From Octopus sinensis (Eukaryota), in assembly GCF_006345805.1 (NCBI RefSeq), contig NC_043008.1, positions 4,712,001-4,776,000 on the forward strand: DNA of 64,000 nt, read 5' to 3'. The notes beneath the pieces are model-generated. The model was not told where the DNA came from. It saw nothing but the letters and a program-made list of their open reading frames with translations, and did not search any database. This document shows positions 41,211-51,430 of the stretch, one piece after another. Positions within the stretch are counted from its first letter, which is position 1; every line of letters starts with the position of its first letter. The translations under genes and the position numbers were made by a program.

Positions 41211-41769
41211 CATATACACACATATATAGATAGAAGTATATACGTACATACATATTTACATATACATTACATATGCAATATTCTTGATGTGAAATTGAGT
41301 GTTGAATCGGATATTGTTATATTTGGGGATGGTCACCTTTTGCTAATTAAACACACACACTATATATTTGATTTTCACTTTAGCTTTTCTATTATCATTG
41401 GTAGTTTATTTGTCAGAGTTCTTTTGTCACTTTTTCTATGATCTCTTCAGCAACTTTCTGTACCCCGTGTCTCCTTTTGTCTTGTGTATCCCATTTTATT
41501 ATTTATTGTATATACATACAAACACACACACACACACATATATATACACACACACACATATATATATATACACACACACATACACACACACATATATATA
41601 TATATATATAATCAAATAAGCAACAGCATGTCAAGTGGTCATATTGCATTAATACCTGACATCTTGTTACTTATTTGACTTTATTCACCTTACTTCGAGG
41701 TGTGCGGATAATACTGGACTGACTTGGTGCCTCGACTTAAGTACCAAATTCAACTGAATCTTAATTATT

Positions 41770-41821
<52 letters not shown>

Positions 41822-42994
41822 CACCCCCACCCACTCAGTTGAGGGGTCTTGTCTTGCAAATTACCAAGTGACCTTACTGAGTTTCAGTGCTACATAAAGA
41901 GCACCTATATACTTTGTAAAGTGGTTGGCATTAGAAAGGGCATCCAACCATAGAAACCAGGATGAAGCTTGGTGCAGTTCTCTGGCTTGTTGTCCCCTAT
42001 TGAAACAGCCAGCCCATTCCAGCATGGAAAATGGACAGTAAGTGATGAAGAGAAGGGTTTATATATATATTTATTTTATATATGCATTATACTCTTTTTT
42101 TTTCTCAATAAAATAATGTACCCGCCAAATAGTGAGGTCAATATAATCAACTAAACACCCACCTATAAAACCGCTAGCCTTGTGCTGAAATTATAAAGAA
42201 TTACTAATATAGATTTATACATATACATGTTTTTGTGTGTCAGTTGTCACGATGTAAGCTTAGCAGTGCTGATTTTGACTTTATGACTGGTTTATGTGTG
42301 TTTTTGAAGACCTGTGCCTGTTTAAGACCCTTTTGTGTGAAACATCAGGTGATGGCTTGAGAGTTGAAAACAAGGAGAGCACCTAGCCCCAAAATTCTGC
42401 TTCAAAGTCAAATTCCCATCCAAGCCATGCTTGTATAAAAAAATAGATCAGTCGTAAAATGATTGAACAGAACAATTTACTCAATTTTATTTCCATTTTG
42501 GTAATCTTAGCTCCATTCAAAAACCATCTGATAACATTTTGGCCATACACCATGTTAATATATAATAAGGTATTAACAATGTGTGCATGTGTGTGTGTAT
42601 AGCTACATACATATTTACACAGGGTCTGAGAATCACTGCATGAGAGTATAAGAATAAGGAGAGGAGTGACCATAATCTTATTACTATGGATTACTTGGAT
42701 AATTTTCTGAAAGTAATATTTTCTTCTAGCTCGATGAGCAAGTAATAACATGAAAGATTGATTTCGAGTGAGATAGAAGCAATTTCTCTAATAACGAATG
42801 TTTCAAGAAATAAAAGGATTCATGTATGTGGGCGAATCTTTCCTTGTTTTTCTTTTGGAAATTTAATTATTAATTTCCTCGTTTTTAAAATATAAAGAAA
42901 ATACTTATTAGAATCATCTTATTATTGAAATATTTTTCTTTTTAAAACGAATGACAAAAATGATATCAAAATTGAAAAACTAAATCTAAGTCAA

Positions 42995-43040
<46 letters not shown>

Positions 43041-43310
43041 TCCTTGTTTGATACTGTTGTTAGGGGTTAGTCAAATGGTTATATGATTCTGAGAATAGAA
43101 AACTAAAGATCATATTTGAATTGAAGAGGAACAAATTGAGTATAATAGTTATCGCCATACTAATATGGCATTCTTATAAAAATAAGAAAAAAGCTGTCCG
43201 CTTATTAGCTCCATGAGGCCATCGCCTTAAGTTAGCTATTTGATACACAAACTGTATCCATATAACCTTCGAACAAGGGAGTTCAGTCGCTCCACACTAC
43301 TTGACCGGCA

Positions 43311-43352
43311 GCTACAGACGCGTTTCGGGGTATTGCCCCTTTTCAATGCAGC
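43311..43352 (-). ncRNA. Inverted copy of the minimal hammerhead
   Basis: Exact reverse complement of 43695-43736. Confidence 0.85.
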
Positions 43353-43694
43353 GTAGCCAGCCAGTAGGTGTCGCTTCCGACAATCTCTGTTCGATGGTTT
43401 TATTTACCTAGTTTCGGTGGAATACATCCACTTGTTTTCAATAATAGAAATATTAAAATAACTAAGTCTCTCTAAAAGAGAACAGCGGCAGCGTTCCCGG
43501 AAAATAATAGTTATCGCCATACTAATATGGCATTCTTATAAAAATAAGAAAAAAGCTGTCCGCTTATTAGCTCCATGAGGCCATCGCCTTAAGTTAGCTA
43601 TTTGATACACAAACTGTATCCATATAACCTTCGAACTAGGTAAATAAAACCATCGAACAGAGATTGTCGGAAGCGACACCTACTGGCTGGCTAC

Positions 43695-43736
43695 GCTGCA
43701 TTGAAAAGGGGCAATACCCCGAAACGCGTCTGTAGC
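43695..43736 (+). ncRNA. Minimal type I hammerhead ribozyme, U3-A8 core variant
   Basis: GCUGCA-UUGAAAA-GGGG(CAAUA)CCCC-GAAA-CGCG-UC-UGUAGC: 6-bp stem I, core with compensatory C3U/G8A, 4-bp stem II, palindromic ACGCGU stem III and GUC cleavage triplet; stem I extends further (ggctggc/gccggtc, tact/agta). Confidence 0.85.
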
Positions 43737-44056
43737 TGCCGGTCAAGTAGTGTGGAGCGACTGACCTCCCTTGTTCGAAGGTTATATGGATACAGTTTGT
43801 GTATCAAATAGCTAACTTAAAGCGATGGCCTCATGGAGCTAATAAGCGGACAGCTTTTTTCTTATTTTTATAAGAATGCCATATTAGTATGGCGATAACT
43901 ATTATTTTCCGGGAACGCTGCCGCTGTTCTCTTTTAGAGAGACTTAGTTATTTTAATATTTCTATTATTGAAAACAAGTGGATGTATTCCACCGAAACTA
44001 GGTAAATAAAACCATCGAACAGAGATTGTCGGAAGCGACACCTACTGGCTGGCTAC

Positions 44057-44098
44057 GCTGCATTGAAAAGGGGCAATACCCCGAAACGCATCTGTAGC
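44057..44098 (+). ncRNA. Second tandem copy of the minimal hammerhead (stem III CGCA, AUC triplet)
   Basis: Identical to 43695-43736 except G>A at 44090. Confidence 0.75.
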
Positions 44099-44942
44099 TG
44101 CCGGTCAAGTAGTGTGGAGCGACTGACCTCCCTTGTTCGAAGGTTATATGGATACAGTTTGTGTATCAAATAGCTAACTTAAGGCGATGGCCTCATGGAG
44201 CTAATAAGCGGACAGCTTTTTTCTTATTTTTATAAGAATGCCATATTAGTATGGCGATAACTATTATTTTCCGGGAACGCTGCCGCTGTTCTCTTTTAGA
44301 GAGACTTAGTTATTTTAATATTTCTAAAATTGAGTATAATCCACTGGATTATACTTTGATTATAACATCTGATAAACAGAATCTGTGAAGTGAATAGTTA
44401 TAAAAGCCATTGGGAGATAAATGTTTTAATAAGAGTTGATAGATTTAGTTTAGCCATGTCGTGTGAATATACAATGTGTTCCTCCATTTCTTATGCTGTC
44501 AGGTTGAAGGGCGGCCCCTGATGCGGATTTCCTTGATGAGTGGTATGTGCTTGTTGTAGAATTTTCATGGGAGAATAACATAGGGGATTTCTCATTGCCT
44601 TCTGGTCATATATTGTATATGCTCTTTGGGAAATAGAAGGTGTTGAGAAAGAAAAGAACCCGGCATAGAGTGAACCACGAATAAATATTTAAAGAAGGTC
44701 TAAGAGACTTAAGCATATTAAAAAGCGATCAATGAGGGATTCAAAGATGTTTGAGATGCCTGAGAATAGGTCCTGTCAAGCTATCTGAGCTCTGCTATTA
44801 TGAAATAAAAGGACATCATACAAATAAAGAAGAAAAAATACAACAATGATTATACAATTCTATATTTAAGAGATGAGGAATTATGTACATTATTTACATT
44901 ATTTACATTTGACAGATATTTGTCCTCATCTTGTTTGTTATT

Positions 44943-44988
44943 AACACAACATTTCAGCTGATATACCCTCCAGCCTTCATCAGGTGTC
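44943..44988 (-). ncRNA. Minimal hammerhead-like motif, mirror copy of 45547-45592
   Basis: Reverse complement reads GACAC-CUGAUGA-A-GGCUG...CAGCU-GAAA-UG-UU-GUGUU. Confidence 0.65.
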
Positions 44989-45035
44989 TTGGGGTAATTT
45001 CGAACCTGGGTTCTCATTCCTAAGGTATTTTACAA

Positions 45036-45083
<48 letters not shown>

Positions 45084-45546
45084 CATTATTATTATTGTTC
45101 AGATCACTGTCTGGAATCAAACGCAGAATTTTAGGGTTAGTAGCCCATGCTCTTAACCACTACGCCACTTGAACATTTATATACATGACAGATCAGTAGC
45201 CACTACACGCATTTTTTTTTCTCTCCTTGTTTCTTTCTGTGGAAGAGCGTAGGCTCGAAACATTAAAGAGTTTTTCAATTCCCAAGCATTATACTAATAC
45301 ATCTGTTTGTTTTCTACACCACCCATCTTCATCTTTTGTTTTTTTTGTGAATTCTCCCTATATATATATATATATATTGTTTCAAATTAGTGTGAATGTG
45401 TGTAGTGGTTGAGAGCACAGGCTACTAATCCCCAAGGGTTCGAGTTCAATTCCAGGCAGTGACCTAACAATAATAATAATAATAATAATAACAACAACAT
45501 CAAAAAATACCTTAGGAATGAGAACCCAGGTTCGAAATTTCCCCAA

Positions 45547-45592
45547 GACACCTGATGAAGGCTGGAGGGTATATCAGCCGAAATATTGTGTT
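45547..45592 (+). ncRNA. Minimal hammerhead-like motif (slightly decayed)
   Basis: GACAC-CUGAUGA-A-GGCUG(10 nt)CAGCC-GAAA-UA-UU-GUGUU; the mirror copy has GAAA-UG-UU, consistent with an ancestral palindromic AACGUU eroded at CpG. Confidence 0.65.
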
Positions 45593-45978
45593 AACAACAA
45601 ACAAGATGAGGACAAATATCCGTCGAATGTAAATAATGAACAATGATTATGTTTTAATATGTATATATGCATGTGTGTGTGTGTGCATGTATGTAAAGGC
45701 ATGTGGCCCATTGGTTAAGTTTTTGCATTCATGATTGCTAGATCATGAGTTCAATTCCCAGACTGAGTGGTGCATTGTGTTCTTGAGCAAAACACTTCAT
45801 TTCTCATTGTTCCAGTCCACTCAGCTGTGAATGAGTGACCCTGCATTGGACCAGCCTTCTGATCAGGGTGGGGATGTTGGCCTACTGCGCTAACCAGCAG
45901 GATGCCATCATTCAGAAGCTAAAAAGTGATATCAAGTGTATTGTAACTAGCAATGTATAACATCCAATAGGCCACCAA

Positions 45979-46050
<72 letters not shown>

Positions 46051-46439
46051 CATATATATATATATATATATAGGGTTTATTTAAATGTGTAAATCAAAGT
46101 TTGCAGATTCAGATAATTCTCAATATCATTCAGTCTTTCTACCATTTTGTAAGTTTGTTTTGTTTTTTTTTCCGGTTATTCAAGTGTCATTCAAAGACTG
46201 TTAATGTAGACACAGATATTACGAGTTTTCTTGAACATCTATATTGAAAGCCACTTGTACATTTATACATACATATATACATACATACATATATATATAA
46301 TATATATATATATATATTATATATATACATATATACATACATATATATATATATATTTGTTTGAATGTGTGTGAATGTGTGTAGAATAATATATCAGTTG
46401 AATAAAGTTAAAACAGTCTGGTTTTCATGTTTTTTTATT

Positions 46440-48030
46440 ATCGTATTTTAACAAAATTAATGCTTCCATACATAGTGTAATCATCAAATTTCAAATGTAT
46501 TTAACTGACAGGAGAGTTCTTGACAACTTTAGTACCTCTTAGAACTCTCCAACCAGCTGAATTTTTTGAATACCTTTTTAACCAATCCGCATACTCTTAA
46601 ACATCATGGTTTGCCAGGTATACCAATATTTTGTAACTTGTTTATATTTATTCATCCACATCTTTACCTGGTTGTTATATTATTGCTGTTATTTCCGTTC
46701 AGAACAGGTTTGATCATTTTAATCAACCGTTTTTCTTTTATCCTTCATCCAACCTTACTTGTGTCTTGTAGTTTGTGGAAAGGAAAAATTAGAAGCATTT
46801 TTTGACCACATGTCTTTTTATGTTCATTCAATGGAATTTGGTGGACATTGGAGTTCCAGATATGTTGTCTGTGGATTCATGAGTGTTCCAATAATGCATT
46901 CCCTGTCTCGCCTATATATAATTCCTTGCAATTTGGGCATTTAATGCAGTAGGTAAAATTTCTGCTTTTGCAGTTCATATTTGCATTTGCGAAAATCTGT
47001 TCTAATGGATCTACCCGTACACATGTAGGGACATATTCCACATCTGTTACCATTACACATGGATACTGTGAATGTGTTCTCTCATTTGTTTATGTTGAAT
47101 TTTGCCTTTGTTAATAGTTTCTTATTTTTTTACTGCCCACAAGGGGCTACACACAGAGGGGACAAACAAGGACAGACAAACGGATTAAGTCAATTATATC
47201 CCCCCAGTGCATAACTGGTACTTAATTTATCGACCCCGAAAGGATGAAAGGCAAAGTCGACCTTGGTGAAATTTGAACTCAGAATGTAGCGGCAGACGAA
47301 ATACCGCTAAGCATTTCACCTGGCGTGCTAACGTTTCTGCCAGCTCACCCCACCTTTGTTAATAGATCCTTCAGGTTATGTGGTGGCCTTTTGCTTAAGT
47401 TAAGTGTTTGATTAGTTATTATGTTTTTTTAATTTTTCACTTTGTTTTATGATTGGCAAATTTGTTTTGATGATGTTTAAAATGTTTTGGTGATGTAGAT
47501 TGTATGTTACTAGAAATGGTATTGTGTTCCTTTGATGGGTTTGTCTTTTTTTTGTTGCTCTAAGTTGTTCTATAGGTATCTCTTTTGCTCGTTGTATGCT
47601 ATTTTCTATCAGTAGGGGAGGGTCATTTTGCTTGAGCAGAAACCCTTTGAGTTCTATAAGTTGTGTGTTTCTGGTATTTGGATTATCGACTATAATACAA
47701 ATTTTCCTGGCTAGACAGTACGGGATGTTGTGTTTTGTGTGTGTTGGGTGGCATGATTTGAAATTTAGGTACAGGTGTGTATCTGTGCTTTTGTAATAAA
47801 TATCAGTTGAGGTTGTGAAGTTGTTTTTAATTACCATTTGTCAAGAAATGGGAATCGTGTGTTGCTCATTTCTCTTGTGAATTTGATACCAGGGTTTAGA
47901 TTATTGAGGAGGGTGCTGAATTCTTCCAGATTTTCTAGGGATTTGGTCCAAATTTGGAAACAGTCACCGAGGTATCTTTTCCATGTATCCTCGATATGTC
48001 TTTTAAAGGTCATGTCGTAGTTCTCTTATA
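46440..48030 (-). mobile_element. Decayed Penelope-like element: RT C-terminal half, linker and GIY-YIG endonuclease, interrupted by a SINE
   Basis: WKRYLGDCF..IW, NNLNPGIKFT, FPFLD and TDIYYKSTDTHLYLNFKSCHP motifs (ORFs 47831-48013 and 47412-47837); reverse translation near 46850-46980 gives NMNCKSRNFTYCIKCPNCKELYIGETG (GIY-YIG); frameshifts and stops present. Confidence 0.9.
47118..47352 (-). mobile_element. SINE inserted into the Penelope remnant
   Basis: 13-bp TSD cctttgttaatag at 47105-47117 and 47353-47365; same family as 3179-3400. Confidence 0.9.
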
Positions 48031-48449
48031 TCCAGAGAGACAGACAAACAGAACAGAAATAGAAAATCTTTGGTACAGTAGTATATATTTGATAAAGGAA
48101 TAAGAATTAATTTTCAGATGATTTTTTTCATCTTTGATGATTAGATGTTCATAAATCATATTGTGACTCTGTTTTCCTTCTAGTAACCAGAGGTTGTTTC
48201 TTACAAGAAATAAAACAAAATGGTGGTGGGGTCTCTGATTTGGGACTGGGTTTCTTGCTTAAAAGCAATTTCAAACAGTTTTCATTTTTTTGGTGGGTAT
48301 CAGAGTTCTTTTCATATAGTCTTAATTTTTCTGTTTGAGTGTTGATAGAGGAGTTACAGACCTATACATATATAGACACACTCTATACACAAATACACAA
48401 ACAAATATATAAACAGATATATGTCTACATACACTTTTATATACATGCA

Positions 48450-48890
48450 TATATAGGAATTTTTTGCGAAATAGGATAAAATACCAAGGCTGTATAGATA
48501 TTAGAGCATTTATAGATAGAAGGTCTTACAGCTGTTTCTAGGATATTAATTAATAATATTCCTTCATCGGAGACAGTGTGAGAGGGAAAATTAACTTTGA
48601 CTTCATTTTTCCTCTCACACCGTCTCTGATGAAGGAATATTATTAATAAATATCCTAGAAACAGCTGTAAAACCTTCTATCTATAAATGCTCTAATATCT
48701 ACACAGCCTTGGTATTTTATCTTATTACACAAAAAATTCTTATATACACACTCTGACATGGAACCAACGTTGAACCCCTTATTCACAATGTTACCAAATC
48801 TTGAACTTAACTATGGTCTGTCTATAGCACTTATTCAGCATTACCTGACACCTTTGGGTCTCAATGACACCGTTATCTCTTACATGCATT
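48450..48890. mobile_element. Non-autonomous element: about 140-bp inverted arms each with a hammerhead motif, plus an adjacent module of about 130 bp
   Basis: Arms about 48450-48591 and 48606-48746 are near reverse complements; the module at 48750-48890 recurs at 39550-39672 and 51145-51277, each time next to the same arm sequence. Confidence 0.8.
48622..48673 (+). ncRNA. Minimal hammerhead-like motif with palindromic ACAGCUGU stem III
   Basis: GUCU-CUGAUGA-AGGAAUAUU...AAUAUCCU-A-GAAA-CAGCUG-UA-AAAC; the mirror copy at 48523-48574 (-) has the perfect stem I partner AGAC but core CCGAUGA. Confidence 0.65.
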
Positions 48891-49294
48891 ATATATATAT
48901 ATATATAAAGGATTGAATACAAATTGAGATCAGTCAAAATCCTCATAATCATCATACATCCATTCTCATGCTGGCATGGATTGGATGGTTTGACAGGAGC
49001 TGGCAAGGCTGGAGAGCTGCACCCAGTTCCATTGTCTGCTTTGGCTTGGTCTCTACAGCTGGATGCGCTTCCTAACACCCAGCTGATATTATGTTCAGAG
49101 ATCCACATGGATTTCCATGCTCCAGTCTGCTTCCATTGATTAAATAACAACTATTCTTAGTTGTATGTATTCTATGAAATTCAGAGGAAAATGTAGGAAA
49201 AGTTGAGATAAACACAAGTTTATATTATTAATTTGTCTGTACATTTCACCATTCTGGTGCTTGGAACACTTCACTGAATGTTCCGAGTGCACTT

Positions 49295-49351
<57 letters not shown>

Positions 49352-50463
49352 GTATATATATCATCATCATCATTATCATCATCATTGTTTAACATCTGCC
49401 TTCCATGCTGGAATGGGTTGAACAGTTTGACAGGAACTGGCCAGGCAGGAGCCTGCACCAGACTTCTATGTTTGTATATAATATAGAATATGGGTGGGGT
49501 GGGGTACATACATACAGAGAGTGAGAAATATGCTATCAGAAATTAAATGTGTCAAATGACAAAAATTAGAATTAAAATGAAAATAGAAAACAAAATTAAA
49601 ATAAATACAAAGGTAAATATTTATTGCTGAAAAATAAATAAGTAAATAAATTTAAAATATGCTTCCTATAAGAGAGGAGGAAATTGCAGTTGTGGAAGAC
49701 GACAGGAGAAAGAGGAGCCCATAAAAGTTAAGAGTAGAAAGAAAGAAAGAGAGAAAGAAAGAAAGGGAAAAAAAACTAGTAGAAACATTTGTGTGTGTGA
49801 TGTAGTGTTGTTCTGTGGTGCTGATAATAGTTAAGCAGATGGGTGGAAGGGATTAGAAAGGATACAGGAGGGAAATGAAGCAGATGGGGAGACCAAATCC
49901 TAAACACGGTCACAGTAAAAAGTTGATTGAAATAAAGACTGACTGAATTCAATAACTTGGGGTAGAAAAAAGATGCGTGTAAAAATATTCATAGCAAAAG
50001 TGTGTGTATAGAAATAAATTTGAATAGAAACAAATGTATATAGAAAATGTTGTGTGCATTAAAAAATGGAGTATTTCTATATAGAGGCACCATATAAAGT
50101 CTATGAAAATAAGATGGGCTCAGCTTAGTTTCTAAATGTATTTGAGTAGAACAAAAATGTGTTTCTATATTAGAAGCTTCTTCTATATCTTCACCATAAG
50201 TTTCATTCAGATGGCAAAACTTTACGCTACTAATTCTCTTGTTAGTTATTTTGTTTCTAAATGTATCTGTTTTCTCTGTAACTCTCATCTCTGAATGCTT
50301 TCTCTAATTTTGATTTGTTGATAAATGGAGAGGATGGATCTGATAATTTACTGAATGTCTTTTTCTCTTTTCATAATATTTGTTTTCTTGTGGAATTAGG
50401 ATGGCAGCATATAAAATATTAGTGGTGTATTTTGGTAATTCTTTTCTGAATTTTATGCATATG

Positions 50464-50771
<308 letters not shown>

Positions 50772-51144
50772 TCCTTTGAGTTTTGTTTAAGTTCCTCTTA
50801 AAAGAGTTCAAGCCAGTCACTAGTAAACAAACAAAACTGTTTGAGTTTGGGTAGATATGTGGCAGTGTTGGTGTGTTGGTTGAGCTGCCACTGCTCACAC
50901 CCAAGTGTGTGCATCTATTCACCAAAAGAATCTCAGATGGAGAATCTTTGGAATGCCTTACAAATCTTCCTTCTGCTACTAACAGACTGGATGATTCAAA
51001 GAATCCACATCAGCTTCTTTTGCTCTTTCTTCAAACAAACTTGTATTTCTAAATTTTTGTGTAAGTTTCTTGGTACACAACTTATAGATTTGTGGGTACA
51101 TATATGCATATATTCGTGTGTGTGTGTGTATATATATAGGTTAT

Positions 51145-51430
51145 GAGAGGTAATGGTGTCAATAAGACCCAAAGGTATCAGGTAATGCTGAGTAAGTGCT
51201 ATGGACAGACTATAGTTAAGCTCCAGGTTCGGTGATTATGCGAATGAGGAGTCCAACGTAGGTCATATATCAGCATGTGTATATATAAAAATTATATCCC
51301 TTCATCTCCAATGAAAGGATATAATAAATATTTCAGAAACAGCTGTAAGACCTCCTATTTATAAAAGTTCTAAAACCTTCACTGCCTTGGTTTTTTTATC
51401 TCATTCTGAAAAAAAAAAATTTATATATAT
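51145..51430 (+). mobile_element. Third, decayed copy of the CAGCUG-hammerhead element family
   Basis: Same module followed by ucu-CCAAUGA-aaggauau...GAAA-CAGCUG-UA-aga (51305-51350) and the shared arm end gccttggt..ttatctcatt. Confidence 0.65.

Larger units (their letters stand above)
43147..44326. mobile_element. Young non-coding retroelement made of tandem and inverted copies of a 362-bp hammerhead-containing unit (retrozyme-like or Penelope pseudo-LTR array)
   Basis: Period 362 bp (43142 vs 43504; 43634 vs 43996); about 1.4 units in one orientation (to 43636), then about 1.9 units inverted (43634-44326); 14-bp TSD aaattgagtataat at 43133-43146 and 44327-44340; only three substitutions seen between copies; no ORF of 60 aa or more. 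Confidence 0.9.
44854..45638. mobile_element. Composite insertion with two divergently oriented units (tRNA-like head, (AAT)n, hammerhead-bearing body) around a central spacer
   Basis: About 44890-45168 is the reverse complement of about 45395-45638; 12-bp direct repeat aacaatgattat at 44842-44853 and 45639-45650 (TSD-like); heads contain A-box-like tggcgtagtgg and B-box-like gttcaattcc. Confidence 0.8.

Noticed and set aside
43142-44326. CRISPR array, satellite or assembly artefact
   Set aside because: There are no unique spacers and only about 3.3 units; the 14-bp TSD and copy-specific substitutions argue for a real insertion.
45395-45464. Functional tRNA genes here and at other tRNA-like heads (23227, 26785, 27097, 59617)
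   Set aside because: Cloverleaf pairing is poor and each head continues into a shared repeat body, so these are SINE heads.
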